Source: Vicugna vicugna
Lineage: Eukaryota
DNA: 64,000 nt
Direction: 5' to 3'
NCBI GenBank assembly: GCA_013265495.1
Contig: MU060707.1
Location: forward strand, 2,147,247 to 2,211,246
The notes below the pieces were generated by a model that saw nothing but the letters and a program-made list of their open reading frames with translations, was not told the origin of the DNA and did no database searches. Position numbers and translations under genes: made by a program. Below are positions 24,864 through 39,600 of the stretch, piece after piece (within the stretch, counting starts at the first letter, position 1; the number at the start of each line of letters is the position of its first letter).

Positions 24864-25512
24864 CCATAGTCCCCCCATTATCCACAGTTGGGCTTTTCAT
24901 GGTTTCAGTTAATGTGGTCAACTATGGTCTGAAGTATTAAACGAAATATTCCAGAAATAAACAATTCATAAGTTTTAAACTGCATGCCATTCTGAGTAGC
25001 ATGATGAAATCTCATGCTGTCCCTCTCTGTCTCACCTAGGATGTGAACTATCCCTTTGTCCAGCGTATTCTGCCTGGTAGTCACTTAGCAGCCATCTTAG
25101 TTACCAGATCGACTATCGCAGTATCCCAGCGCTTGTGTTCAAGTAAGCTTTATCTTACTTAATGGCCCTAAAGTGTAAAAGTAGTGATGCTGGCAATTCA
25201 CATATGCCAAAAAGAAGCCGCAAAGTGCCTTAAGTGAAAAGATAAGGGTGCTCAAGATGGAAAAGGCATTAAATTTATATAAGAAGAAATTGAGAGGGAG
25301 AGAGACCACATTTGTATAACTTTTGTTACAGTGTGTCTTTATAACTGTTCTACTGTATTAGTTGTCAATCTCTTACTGTGCCTAATTTATAATTAAACTT
25401 TATCACGGGTATAGGGAAAACATAGTACCAAGCCCTATGTATTCTATCAGCGGTTTCAACCACCCACTGAGGGTCTTGGAGCACATCCCCCAGGGGTAAA
25501 GGGGAACTACTA
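24864..25512 (+). mobile_element. MER44-type (TcMar-Tigger7 derivative) non-autonomous DNA transposon
   Basis: TIRs (c)catagtcccc...ggggaactacta flanked by TA. Internal motif ttccagaaataaacaattcataagttttaaa..ttctgagtagcatgatgaaatctc. Confidence 0.9.
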
Positions 25513-28500
25513 TATTCATCTGTCATCACTTGCTTTTTGTTCCTGGATCTTACTGCTTTTGATCGGTCAACTTGACACTATACTGCATTCAGGATGGAAA
25601 GTCAGTTCTCCTTTGTTAAAGTGAAGAAAGCCTAGAATCAAAATGAACTGGAAGGTTGTAACTACCCTGACTTACTCTCTGAAGTTTCTGAGTCAGCGGG
25701 AGGAGGAGCTGTGTCTCCGTCCAAAGCTGAGATGGCTGTGAAAGGCTGGGGTCCTTCTGCTGGCAGCTTATTCCCGGTTCCTCCAGATCGTCGCTAGTCC
25801 ACATCCCCAGGAGGATCCCTTAGATGTTTGTGCTCTGACAACTGATGCTCAGTAGATGACGAGAAGGAGGTCTACCAGGCACTGTGGGGAAAACCCAGGT
25901 TGAGAAGACAAAGACTGGTTTCCATTTCCTGTGTGGAAGTGACAGAGGAACCTATCTGAGCAGTAATCCCCCAAACCCAGTCTTCGTCATCAGGGAAATG
26001 AGTGTGGGAGTTTCTCCCTGTTAACTGCTGAGAGAACAGGACTAGACATTACTGGGTTTTTTTCCCCCAGTCACTGAGCACTTTGGACACAGGTGCCCGG
26101 GAGACTTGGTTCTGTGTAGAACAGTAAGATGCTATCAACTTGGTGAACGCTATGGGCCCACATGTGGGATCTCGGGATTTAAACCTTGAGCATTTCCTGG
26201 TACTTGTCATCAGGTAGAGGTCACCCTCAGGTTTGGAAATTGCACATGATGTGGTTAATCTCCACTACCACCCCTTTCAAAGCGTCCTCTCACAGGATTA
26301 GGCATTATCTATTTCTCCCTATCGTCTTGTGTGAGGGGAACCCCGTTCCTACCTCTGCTACTCCTACAGTGGCGAGTTTAAACTAGTGATCGTCACATTT
26401 TCTTGGTCTTCATTTTCATGAATCTGCTTTCTCTCACCCACGATTGCCTTCAACCTGCTCTTCAATTTTGAATGGATGTTGGCCTCATGTACCCTTCTCA
26501 TGAGAAACCTCCACCAGACAGGTCACAGAGAATTCTATGTTTACATCTAGCTTGGTGGCCATAGGAGTCGTGTATTCCCAGAATCCTTCCTTGGTCAGAG
26601 ATCACTTCTGATGATCAGCCTTCTCTCAATTGAATGGTTTTAAAGTAGATTTAGTACCCTAAATACTTTAGGATGAAATGCTTCTTTTGCGGGGAGAGAC
26701 GGTTTTGTGAAGAGAACAACCTTTTACAAAAGCACAGCAACACCCCCGCTGAGGCAGAAATGACCATCTCACCCCTTACCCCTAAACCACTGTAGACTAG
26801 CTTTGACTACGGCGTCCAAAAAGCCTGTAAGAAGGGATGAAGGAGTGTGATGTGTTCTCCAGTGGATTTCTGCTTAGTCTACCTTTTTGCTCATCTGCTC
26901 TGTGCTGAGGAATCCAGAAGACTACTGTGGAAGTGGCTGGACTGAAGGAGGGGCTTCTTCCAGATGAGGAGGTAGTGTCCCTCTACTTAGCAGGTTTTCC
27001 TTAGTTCCTCATGGATCAACAGCTCTATTTCATTTAGTGTTGGTCAAGTAACTTTATTCCGGGCAGTAGAGTAGAAGCAAAAAAGATGCCTGAACTTGAG
27101 GATCATGCCTTTTACAGGAGGTGGCCTCCGCTCTGCTTTCCATTGTCCTCCTTATTGACTGAGGTCACAAGTGACCCCCATCACCCTGCCAGGAGTGGCA
27201 GATCAAAAGGAGAGGGCTGCTTCTTGAGCTTCCTTGATAGTACATTTTCTAAGAGGTGTTCAGAGGTCAAGGACCACCCAGCAAAGTGCTAGCCTCCCAT
27301 TCATGGCCCTAACCCCACAACTGAGGAAAGGATGTCCTGGAGGTGGAAAGGGACTTCATAACACCCAGACTGGGGACCAGTCAGTGGGTATGTCCATTTT
27401 GATCCCTCCAGAGCACCTGTTCTCATGTGTCCCACGTTGCACCGTCTTCAGACACCAGCCACACAGGTGGAAGGGAAGATTGGTTGGGTGGCCTGAGAAT
27501 AGCACCATCCTGGAGTGAGCTCATGGCTTGCCCACACGAAGGATACTTGTCTTATTCTCTTTCCTGTGATTCTCAAGTTTTAATCACCAAGTCACCTTTC
27601 AACTAAGATGCTTCAAGAAATATTTCTGTATTTTAGTTTACCAAAAATGACAAGAAATACCAAGGAAAATAGCAGAAGAAATTTGTAACTTCTCTTTCCT
27701 ACATTGGAGTAGAATGAGGTTTAGGTTTCAATTCCTGTGATTATTTTAATAAGTAAATGTATCTTAATACATGTTTCACTATATTGTTTAGAGGGGAAAA
27801 GAATGTAAAGTTCTTATCATTTCATTTTTGTAAACTTTTAGGTTTTTTTTTCTTGAGCTTTAAGACCTGTTATTCTTAAATGTGTACAACTCAAGTTCTT
27901 TCTATGGAAGAAAGGGTGTTAAGTCTTCTCTAACATTCTTCCTTTTCAGCTGCATGAATTCTGGTGAAACCTGTCCTGGGGAGGGCTGCCTTCCTATTAG
28001 AACCTCCCAGGACTTGAATCAGAAGGAACCCAGCTTCATGCCTTGCAAAGTCTAACCTGAAATGCAGATTTGGATTAGATACTGCACTGACTGATCAAGG
28101 TGAAGACTTCTGGGCCATTTTGCTTTAACTGTACCCACAGGGGTCCTTGTGGGAGGTGTGATCTTCATCCTGCCATCCTCTGATGGCCACAGTTCAGGAC
28201 TTTCTAGATCTCTTCTGTCTGATACTCTTGTTCCTTGTGTGTCAAATGACTTTGTTGGTTCTCCCCCTTGCAGAGAATTTCAGATGGTCCAGTGAAGTTG
28301 GTCACTTTCTTGGTGTCCTGAAAGATATCTTATCTCAAATGTATCCTGGGAAATGTCCACAGGAGGTTGACTATATGGACAGTGTTTATTGGGAGCTGGG
28401 ACAACTCTGGTCTTCCCCTCCAAGTACTGTATACATGGGCTCTGATTTCTGGGTCTTAAATGTTGCTGAAGGATCATTTTCCAATAATTGTTATCATGGA

Positions 28501-29035
28501 TATGGGTTCAGTATCTTAATGTGGAGGTACCTTGAGGTGTTGGTCTTTGATCTGTGGGTTCCATTTTCCATTTGTCTTGGTTACTCTATCTGAAAATGTG
28601 TCTTTTGGAAGTAATTAACCTAGAAAACATTTTTGTCCTGTGAAGGATAGTTTAGCCTGATGGAATGTAAATCTACTAGCTGAGCTAATGGATGCTTTCA
28701 GGTGGTATCGGGTGTGCCTGCTGGAAAGTACACAGAGAAAGCACAGGGTGAATGCAGGATAGTTGCAGCCAAATGTCAACAGGCTTCTTCTCATGATGCT
28801 GATGAGCACGTTCTGCTCTGGAAGCCGGGACTCTATCTGGAGACGTGGAATGGAATTCTGAATCCATATGCCTCCCTGCTGGCCTTCACTGACTTTGTGC
28901 AATAAGCATGAGCCAAGGGATTCTGTGTTGAAGAAGCTACTGTTGGTCATGCCTTCCAGGCTTTCCTTTCTGGGTCATGGTTTATGATACTTTTCTGGAA
29001 AGCATTTCCAGGGTCTTGGAGGATCAATGTGAGAT

Positions 29036-29080
29036 GAAAGAAAAAAAAAAAAAAAAAGAAAGAAAGAAAGAAAAAAAAAG
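29036..29080 (+). repeat. Poly(A)/(GAAA)n tract
   Basis: Directly visible A-run with GAAA repeats inside U4. Confidence 0.95.
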
Positions 29081-30779
29081 CTCAGGCTCTGCTCCGGATG
29101 TGACCTTCTATTTCTGATGCTCAGTGACAGGGGCTCCAGCTCTCCAGATGTCTCTGCTGACCATCAGCCTGGTGTGAAGCAGGGACCTCACTGACCACCT
29201 CTGCAGAAGCACTCCCATCAAGACTCTGATTTTTTTTTTTTGATGGTAAAACTGGTGATAAAACTGGTAAGGCTGCCCAGTGGCATGAGTCTACTTTGCC
29301 CTCAGGGATGAGCCCAGGGTTATCTTTGTCCAGACTATGTCTGGAGCAGGTGATCTCTCCTTTTAGCATGAAAGTTTCCTCCGGGAGAGTTTGCATTGTT
29401 ACGAGATACATGGGAGCAGATTTCTCAGTACGAATGTGTCTCCTTGTTCCTGTATCAAATCTCTTTCTCAGGGAGCAGAGGTATAAGGCTGAGTCTTCAG
29501 TGTGGGCTGTCATGACTGTATTCCCTGTGATTGTAGCTCCTATCAGTGCAGTCAGCTGGGTAAGCTTGACTTTTTTATCTGACCTTATTGGACCTCAGTC
29601 TAGTATCAAAAGTTGAAAGCATGTTCTATGTAGAGTGACCCATGCTATTTTGGGCTTGTCATTTTTCGTGTCATTTTTTCCTTAATTCTGCAAAGGCTGA
29701 TCATTTGATTTTAAAAAATCATCTTCACTATTTTCTAAGTCTGAATATTTTATATACTTCAAGAAGTTCATGAGGCTTTTGACCTTGAGCATAATGTCTA
29801 GGAAGCAGGGCAGTTTGTCACCAAGGGAAGAGAGCAATTCTTGATTGACAGTTTCAACCTCTGGTAAGGGACAGTTGTCTGAGAACTGGTACTTGGACAT
29901 GGTCTTGGAGGCCACTGTGGCCTTCATGGGAAGTATTCCTCTTACCTGCAGAGTCCCTTTCAGGTTTGTTTCTTTTCTTCCCAAGAAGCCTTTCCCTGTA
30001 TGATACCAACCATATCATGTCTAGAGATCTACTGAGCTCATGATCACATTATCGGAGAAGGGATGAGATGAGCAAGGAGATCTAGGTTTCATTACGTGTA
30101 TGTTCTTTGCTGCCCAGGGATGGGATCTGGAATAACTTGACAAGAAAGTTTCATCTCTTTTGAAAGCATGGGCATGTATATATTGTCTATCCTAGAAAGG
30201 TAGAGCATGGAGGTGGGCACGGCTGGTGGTAGACTGCGTGTGTTATCCCATAATCCCTTAATGGGCTGAGTTTCAAGTTGGGGGTTAATGGGAACTTACA
30301 GAAGGTTTTGGGAGGTGATTCTGCCTTTGCATAGTGCCCCTAGCCGTGCTTCCAACATGAAAATGTTCCAGTGAATGTTGTACCCTAAAACAACTTGGAA
30401 ATCGTTCCATCTTTTTTATTGTCTGGAAGCATTAGCATGGGAGTGATGTGTTTTCCTGGGTTTAAGCACTTCAGCATAAAGAATGTAGTGAGGAGACATT
30501 GAACCGGGAGGGGTTTTGATGGGAGATTTGGAATGAGTTAATATTTTTCATAGTCAAGTTTTATATTCTATGTCTACTTGTGTAAAACTCGGAAGTTGTC
30601 TCTCAAGCACTTATAAAAATAATTTTGAAATGTAAATTTCAAAGCCCCTGAATATTCTCTTACTTTCTAACCTACAGACCTTAAAAAGATAGGTCCCAGT
30701 TTTATATTCCTGACTTAAGTAATTTGCATTTTAATTTTTTGCTCAGTCTTCCAATGACAAAATGGAATTGAAACCTGAG

Positions 30780-31160
30780 TATCCTAGTACGGATCCCTGG
30801 GAAAAAAAAATCTGAGACTCAGACTTAGGGTGGGGACTGTATTTGGAAGTGATCCCAGAGAGCACAGAGGAGGGACTGATGCACGTGGGACAGGATGGGG
30901 ATGAACAGCCCGTGACAGGCACAGCCCTGAGCTGGTCTCCAAGGTTGTGTGAGGCTAGTCCTGCTAGAACCCTCTGAGGGACATGTGGATAGACTGTATC
31001 TCAGAATGTCTCTCCTAAGGGACAAAAGTCTGGTCACTTGCCCACAAACTCTGTTCATCCCTCCACTGTAGGTCACACATTCCCCTGAGAGGCTGAGAGA
31101 TGGCTTTACATGGAAACAAGAGACAGAGGATGAGAGTGTGACAAGGGGGAGCCAAATCAT
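30780..31160 (+). mobile_element. ERVL-class LTR (LTR33/LTR40-like) in U4
   Basis: tatcctagtacggatccctggg..tctgagac..tatttggaagtgatcccagagagcacagaggaggg. Confidence 0.65.
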
Positions 31161-31789
31161 TCCAGTAGGATGCCAACCTCCTGGGCCTCCCTATCGGTGG
31201 AAGGAAGATGGGCTTAGTACTTAGTACATCAGGGTGCTCCCTATTCCATCGTCCTGTGATGGGCACCTTCCCCCTCTCCTGGGAAGAGATCCTTTAGACC
31301 CTCCTAGATCTCATTCAGCCTCTCCCTGTCTCGGCCTCCCACAATGCCTGCCAAAACTAAATACCCCAAGTGTAAAAATGAGAGTATAAACACACCCTAT
31401 TGTCAAAGGATAATTTGTCTCTTTAAATCTCATGCTCTTTCTACTACAAAAAATTGATAAGAATGTGATATTTAAGGATCTAAAATTAGATCTGCCTCAT
31501 ATGTCAGATCTCTTACTTGCCCTCTGTAGATATTTTCAAAGAAATCTATTCTCTCATTGGTATGTGATGGAGGTTAGGGGGTTTAGATTTCCATAACAGT
31601 GTATTATGTCAATTTTTGCATTTAATCTCTCTCTACATTGTTTAGGGGCAAGTGTGATCTAAAATCTTACATGGAAGGAAATAAATTTTCTGAATATGTA
31701 ATATAGAGAAGAATGGTTTCATTACCTACTATGATTCCTTAGCACATTTTCATTAACCCAGACGGCAGGATGAGCTGTCCAAGCACAGC

Positions 31790-34700
31790 AGAGTCCACAG
31801 GTATTTGAACCATGTGTTTAGGGCCATGGAGCAGGGGACTCTGAACCCAAATGCCTGAAAGTCTTATACTTCCCTCTGTAGCGCACTGGGAGGGGCCCCT
31901 GAGACGGAGGCTGTTTGAGTGACTGGAATGAATAAATTCTGGCCCTTTGTCTTCTGCATTCCAGACTTGGTAGTTTCTTGATGCCTCTAGAAGAGTTCTT
32001 ACATCTGACCTTCAGCCATGTTTGTATTCGTTCCGTGTGGTTTTGCACTGGTACTATGTTTTACACTGAACATTTTTATGTTTTATGACTTCATATTCTC
32101 AACTTCATTTGACAAATATCAGCTTCTGTATCTTTGAGGAAGTTAACCTGGTCTTGACAAATTTCTTGATCTTCATTTAATTCTCTTTATTGAAAAATAG
32201 TTTCAGTTTTCTTAGACGGCACTTTTGAGGTGACTTTCTTTGTCCTGTGAATTCTTGTGGTGACTCTCCTGCCTGAGCTAAGAGTCTTGACTGAGTAATC
32301 CTTTGGTTGTTGGAGGTCCACCTGGGTTGATGGTCAAACTATACAGCACCTGGATGTCCTCAGAAGAAGTGACGTCTCTGGGGAAAATTGAAGGAGCAGC
32401 CCCTGAGGAAGCAGAGTCCTAAATGCCAGAACATTGGACCTAGATGCCCCCTGCAGCTTTTCTGAGTGCCTTTGGCATTTCCAATATTAATATGAGTGTT
32501 CTAGACAGGTGGGGGACAGTGGTCATCATGGACAACATTGTACCTTCTCTGGGAAGCCAGGGCCTATCTCTGAGACATGGAACCCCTCGTGAAAGCCATC
32601 AGTTTCATGTTGTCACACTGTTGGAACTATCTGACTTTTTACCCCAAACTGATCAGTGACATGGTCTGCTTGGGAGACAGAGTTGTTGGTCACACTTTCT
32701 GAGCATTTGCTAATGTCTGACTTATTCCTGGCAGTGTTTTCCTGTGATGATTGAACCAGAGGCCCTGGGGGATGCTCTATGTAATAAGAGGAAAATAAAT
32801 AATGCTAGGATTTTCCCCACAATTTTGTTGCTGTCAGTGGACAGAGTGAAGGGTTCTGTTTGTCCTGGCAGCTCTGGCTGACCAACAAGTATCTGTGAAG
32901 CAGGGACCTCACTGGGCAGCTTGTGAGGTCTGAGGACTCATGCATCTTAATCTGGTTAGTAAAGCAGATGAGAATTTAGCTATTAGATGTAGTGAGTCTA
33001 GCTGGTCCTCAGGGATGAGTGCATTGTGAGTCTGGGGTGCTCTGTGTCATGACTACCCTGAAAGAAGTAGCCAGATCAATTCAGCCTTGACCGTTTTGCT
33101 AATGGGGAGTTCAAGATGCTCATCGTTATTGTGGGAACAGACTTCCGAGTCTGTAATCGCATGCTGTGTGTAACTTTTCCTCCTTCCTTAGAGGTCTGTT
33201 TGTGTCTTCAGTGGTGGCTTGTTGTGATGGTCTTAACATGTTACAACTCCAGTGAGTGGAGACCATGTTGGCTCCAAGATGCTTCAGTTTTTTCTCATTG
33301 ACTTTTCTGGCAGCTCAGCATTACCCAGCAGAGGATGGGAGCACACTCAGATTACCCTTCCTCTGGCTAGTTTGTCTTCTTCATTGCAGCCTCTTGTTCC
33401 TGGTCCTGCTGCTGTCAACTGTTCACCTTGATGTTCTGTCACATTCAGGATAGAATGTTAGTCTTGTGTAGGTAGGAGAAAGTCTTAAACTGATAACTAG
33501 CTGGAAGGTTGTAACCAAACTCATCTTGTTCTCTGCAAATTGTCAGAAGGAAGGGTTCCTGTGTCTCTGTCTAAAGCTGATATGGGTATAAAAGACTCTG
33601 GGTCTTTCAGGACGATGTGGGAGCAGAGAGCTCATTTCCAGTACCCTCCACCCTCCACATTATCACTAACCCACAATCCTAGGAGGGTTTCTGAGATGTT
33701 CGTGTTCCTGTAACTGTAAAGTGTCTACTGAAAGGAGATCTGTAAGTTATTGTGGGCAAAACCTAGGTTTAGGGGACATTCAGCGATTGTGTGCCACTTA
33801 AAGATGGAAAATGTTAGATGGGAGTTTTCAGGGTTGCTCTTCTCAAGCAGTCTCATCTCAGCCAGGAAGGAGCTCATTGTGGGAAAATCCTTGCTAGCTT
33901 CTGAGAGAACTGAGCTGGTCTTTTTACTGTATCCTCTAGTCACTGAGCATCTGCTCGGTAGACATGGGTCTGTTCTGAGCATTAATAAGTAAAGTCATTC
34001 TGTTTTGTTGAATCTCATGGACCCTTAGGTAGGATCATAATTTAAGCTCTGTGCATTTTCTGGCATGTGCCACTGACTGCTGGGTACCAAATATTTAAGT
34101 GGGCCACCCAGAGAGGTGTTACATTCTGCTATAGCCCTTCTCAAAATAAAACATCTCATGAGACTTAAGAGCTTTCTTTCTCTGCCCCATTAGATTGTTA
34201 AAGGAACACTTCATTTGGACCCCAACCACTCACACAATGGCAAGGCAGCACTATTGATAAATCAGCCTTCTTTGTAGCTGCTCTCAACTGTTCTCTCCCT
34301 TTCTGCTGTGCACTGTTGAAGGTTACTTGGTAACATCACCATTGTCTCTCTAGGGTTCTCTACAAAAGAGGATATGAAGAAATTTACACTTTTAGGTCTT
34401 GGTTGGTAGTTTGTTCTTGTAATCCTTCCTTGACCAAATGTAGCTCAGGATGACCCTCCTTCTCTCACCATTTTTGCAAGAATATAATGTAGATGAGGAG
34501 AGGATATGACCGTGTTTTTGAGGAGACCAACTTCCCCCTTTCCATAAGAACAACCATCCTCCACTGAGGTAGAGTGAGGGACGTATACCTCCGCCTTAAA
34601 TCTGACGACAGCTCTGTGGTGTTCTGCTTCCCAGTTGGACTTCTGCTTGGCCCCTTTTACTTAATCTGCCCTGTGCTACCTGATCCAGGAGAAGACTGTG

Positions 34701-36600
34701 GAGGTATCTGGACTGATGAAGGGTCCACAGAGGGCAGTCTATATTCCCATAACTTCTCTTACAGGGGCCCATGAATCCCCAGGGTCACTTGAATAAAGTC
34801 AGCTTATCAAGTTGGGTACTTAAGTGAGCTCTGCCAACTCTGGGGTTCTTATATGTAAGAATTAGTGATATCTGACCTTCAGAATCTTGTTCCTTGATTT
34901 TACTGAGACTGGTCACCTTGATATTTTGAAACACTCAGGATGGAAACTTAATTCTCCCTTGTCACAGGAAAGCAAGATGATATCAGTTGGTCCTGGATAA
35001 CCCCATAGGTCCACAGGTGGGCTCTCACTGTTTAACTGTGCATTACCCAATATGAGTCATCAGGTAAAGGTGATCCTTCAGTTTGAAAAATTACACATCA
35101 TGTGATTAGTTCCCACTGCAACCATTTTCAGAGCATTACACTCCAATGTGGTTTCAGTTCTCTTCTTCTTATCATTTTTGAGTGAAGACTTCATGTTGAC
35201 CTGAGCACCCCTACAGTGAGACAGTAGCACTTGAAATAGAGGCACCATAAGTTTTACTGTCCATTTTAACATTGTTGCTCCCTCACATCTGGTCACATCT
35301 TACCTGTGCTAGTACTGGTATAACTTTAGCATTGTTACTGCCGTCTCATGAGGATCTCCCCTACAAATAGGACAGGGACGTTTTTCTGGGTATAGTTTAA
35401 GTTGGTGTCCATGAATTGTTTTATGTTCCTGAGATTATCCTTTGGAGAGGCCACTTATATTGATGGTGGACCCAAATTTGAATGAAAATAACATAGAGTA
35501 GGAAAGAGTACATTTTCCTTGCAGAAGGTAGAGTTTGCTATGTGAAAGTAGAAAAGGACATATATCTCCTCGCACTCACTCACTGAAGTGGAACTGAGAG
35601 ATACATATTCTTTAACTGAAATCCCTAGAGTGAGACCTTAAAAAGATGGTATGTCTGTAAGAAAGATTAAGGACTCTGTTGGTTTATTCCCCAGGGGATT
35701 TCTCTCTTGGCCACCTTTTCTCCAAGCTTCCCTGTGGTACCCAATCCAGATTCAGATCTAAAGAGAGGGCCATGCTCAGGGAGGACTGTTCCTACACTTG
35801 GATTTGTCTTGTTTCATTTCCTGTGATTCTCAAGTTTTAGTCACAATGTCTCCTTTCAACCGAAACACCTCACTACTGTGCTGTGCTAAAAAGATGGAGT
35901 CCAGAGCATGTGTCACAGGGGCATCCAGCCTCTGCCAGCGATGCCCACCGATTCCAGGAGAACGCCGATGCTCCTGGGTTTTGCTTTTGAGAGGAAAGGT
36001 GCAGAGCAGTCCTACTGCTTCAGGGCTGTTCTGATGCCACAGCTGAGGTCTCTGACGTCCATCTTCTTGCGATGGTGTCTCTTCCCCTCTCCTGGGAAGA
36101 GATTCCTTACGGACTCATCTCATCCAGACTTGTCCTCGCCTTGCCTCTCTCAGTTGTCTGCCAGGAACAAATACCTTAGAATTCTGATTCCTGGAGATTC
36201 ATTTGCTTTCACTGTGTTCTATGGGAGGTTTTCCTTTCTTTCCAAATATGTGTTTTTTCCAGCCAAGAATATAACACTGTTATCTAAAATTCAATCTGAC
36301 AAGAAGGTAATGTTTTCCAAAAATTGATACTGTAGACTTCTGCAAATTTCTTTTCTACATTACAGAGGATTGATGCTGAAGTTTATGGTTTTCATTCATG
36401 TGTGAATATTTTCATGTCGGTTACTTCTTTTCTAACACTATAAAATTTATTATATTTGTATAATTTAAGGGAGAATATGATCTACAGTTATTACCTTTTA
36501 GTTTGGTAAATGGTCTTTTCCAGCTCTTGAGTTTTTAAGTATGTTTACTTCTCTCTTGAAGATTGATCACTTTATGCTCTCTGTGGAGCGAAGTGCTTAA
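31790..36600 (-). pseudogene. Array unit U5 (no recognisable TE insertion; best reference copy)
   Basis: Contains most landmarks in order (31800, 32110, 32312, 32876, 33570, 34672, 35816, 36087), with the minus-strand acceptor TTGTTCCTGGCAG ending at 36158. Confidence 0.8.
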
Positions 36601-39600
36601 ATTCCATTCTGTCATTTATTTAGCCAGTGAATTCTAATGAAGTCTGGCCTGGAGAGAACTGCTTTCTCATTTGAAACTCCCAGGTCTCACTCAGAAGCAG
36701 GAGTGAGGTGTTTGAAACCCTTGTCCTGCTGCCTTCATGGCCTTGTCTAACCCCAGGTCACAGTGGTTTACACGCTGTGCTAGTGGATCAAGGTGAAAGC
36801 TGCTAAGGCTTTTACTTTCCCACAGTAGTCTGTGAAGGTTTTTTTGTGATTTTCATCCCACTAGTCCCCCATGACACAGTCTAGGACATCCTTTGTCGAC
36901 CAGATTCTCTTGTTTCCGTCTGTCAAAGATGGGGTTGTTCCCACACAGAGTATTTGAGATTGGCCAGGGTGTTTTCTGACCTTCTGAATATTTAGGAGAT
37001 TTTAGCTCTGGTTTATTCCCCCAGACAAATCTACAAGATGCTTATTCCATGGAGAGTGTGTAATGGGATTCTGGGCCACTTCTATCTTCATCCAAGGCTG
37101 GGACATCTGGACCCTCCCTTCTCTGGTCTTCATTGCACTGTCACATGATCCTTCTTTCAATGTTTTCTTCTTGGTACTAAGTTCAGTATCTTAAAGGAGT
37201 GAAACCCTCGGTGTCTCTCTGATCTGTGGGTTCCTTTTTCCACTGGTTGTGGTTACTTGCCTGAGAATGCAGGTCCATAGGTATTTGAACCACATGTCAA
37301 GGACCGTAAAGGATACCCAGAACCCCAAAACCCCAGAAGTCTGTACTTCCCCACCCTGTGCTGTGGGGACCCCTGGGTTGACAGTTTGTGTTCAGCTCCA
37401 TCACTTAGTTGTCAAAAGACAGTAGCAAGGAACAGGGACAATTATACTGATGGTAGAAACTTTAAAAGTTAAGTGCTCTCAACAACTGAGCTCATGGCTT
37501 TCTTCTGTTTGCTCAGAGCCGTGGGGTCAGACTCGGTCCATTTCAGATTGACTGAGCCAAGACCCTGATGGAGCCCTGCCTGCTGGACACCCCTCCAAAC
37601 CTCAGAAGATCCAGAGGATGCGTGCATCTGAATGGATCCCTTGCACCCACATTCAGTGTACAAAGTGAAGTCCCCAGGGACAGGCACACGTAGCTGTGAT
37701 TCTGGTCGCTACAGGCGCTGCACCTGCACGAGGTGAGCACTGTGCCTACCCGGATGAAAGCCCTCTAGCATTGCTGGATTCATGACTACCCGGTTGAGCT
37801 GATGGCCATTGGTCCACGTGGAGAGAACTATCAAGCTGATTCGGTATTTTAAGGATTTTTCAACAGAATTAGATGTACCATTCTACATTAAAAGGTACTA
37901 CAGTATCATGGGCTTAAAATATGCAGATTTTGCCACTTCTGGCAACACAGGCTTAATCTTATGGGGCCACGTGAATGAATGCTTGCAGTTAAGAGGCTGA
38001 TGGAGCATCCAGGTGGGTCCTGACATAGTCACTGCCCAGCTCCCACAGAGCAGCTCTGTCCTGAGAAGCTCTTCCAGTTTCACCTCAATGTGGTTATTTC
38101 TTCAGATTGTTCCAGTGAGCAGAATCATTCACAGCCTGGAGCTGGAGAAATTCTCAGCAGCCCAATGGCAGAGATTGGGTCCAGTTTGAACTGACGTCCA
38201 GTCCTGACCCCACTCCTCCCTCTGACCTTCATTTCTACTTGGTTTGGGAAATAACTGTATATGGAGAGACCTGAAATCTAACCCTTCTTTCATGATTAGA
38301 CAAGGAATAGCTGCCTTGTCAGTTTTAGCAGAGCTAGGACATCACCCTAATTCTCATATGACCCCTGCTTACTGGACACATCCAAGGCAAAGTGAGCTCT
38401 GAGAAATGAGTGTTCCTACTTCTACCTTGTAGACTCTGGAGAGAAGGGGACGCTGCTCCCTGATGCCTGGGAGCTGACGTGTCATCAGTGTCAGTTGGAC
38501 CCCCTACAAATGCGTCAGCTCTGTCTCTGATGCTGTTTCTTTCCCCTGGACTGTTGAGCAGAACACTTAACCCCCGGAGTCATAGCTGACCTTGTACGCA
38601 GCAGGTCATTCTTCCAGGTGACAGATTTAAACTGGCGCTGGCTGTTCTTAGGAATAGTCACTGGTAGGTGCTGCATCTTAGAAACTTACCCAGAGGAGCT
38701 GAAGGCCAGAATACAGGAGCAGAGACTGGAAGCTTCTGCCTTTCTTTCTTGAACTGACTGAAGTGTGTCCCAGAAAGTCTGGGGACAGCGCTGATCAGTC
38801 AACGCCAGCACCTTCTCCTGTGAGCAGGTGGGGCTCAGTGTGCTCCAATCCATTGGACAGGATGCTGAGTCAAATCTCTTCGTGCTGGGGACAGAATCCT
38901 GGGCCTGCCAGGCCGGTGGAACATAGTGGGAGGCAGCTCTGCCTTCTGTGGTGTGCAGAGAGCAGATGGGATTGCTTTTCAGATCTTAGCCCCTTTAGGT
39001 TTATACTTGATTTTTTTGTGTGTGTATTGGTTCAGAGAGATTTTATGATGACTGCACTAGGGTGAGGATACAGAGCTGGTTCTCAGAAAAAAAATGCAAC
39101 TTGGTTGTCAGGGAAAAGATTTGTTTAGAGAAATTTTCTGATATTCTTTACTCACTGGAATAATTTGCACTTTATATATTTGTCTGAACTCCTGGAGAAT
39201 CCAGAAGGGCGTTATAACAGAGAATAACTTGTGGAAAGATTTTTAAAGTTCACTTAGTTTCTGTTATAAGAAGCTTGGATATTCAAAGTCTTCTTCTTAA
39301 GTTTGAATAACGTAAGTTTTTCAAGACACTTGTGCCTCTAGATTTCAAGTGTAAATGAAGACTGTTCATAAGACACTTTCAATACTATAGTTTGGGATGC
39401 TAAGAGGAAATGTCGGTATTTTAATGACTTTTCTTTTGATCAGGACAGCCAGGGAAAGAATAGTGAAGAATCCTACAACTTGAAATATAAAGTAAGCCCC
39501 AAGGAGTTAGTATGCATTTTCCCGACCACAGGATCTGAGGTGAGAACTTGACATATGCTGTGTTACTTTCCAGTTGCTCCTGTAACAGACAACTATTGAC

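Larger units (their letters stand above)
21450..27950 (-). pseudogene. Array unit U3 (contains an LTR and a MER44-type element)
   Basis: 22810-22920 matches 43660-43790. 23580-23640 matches 32110-32180 and 44520-44580. Shared landmarks at 24360, 25700, 26900, 27150, 27560. Confidence 0.8.
27950..31780 (-). pseudogene. Array unit U4
   Basis: The start at about 27955 matches 36625 and 49005. 28510-28660 matches 37185, 42150, 49520 and 54980. Landmark at 29155, ERVL LTR at 30780, head at 31273. Confidence 0.8.

Noticed and set aside
29121-29513. TEDSALYLCS motif resembling a TCR/Ig V-segment framework 3
   Set aside because: There is no first Cys, conserved Trp, leader exon or RSS. Paralogous copies read differently (TGLYLCS; EEDSNRLIS), so the match is coincidental.
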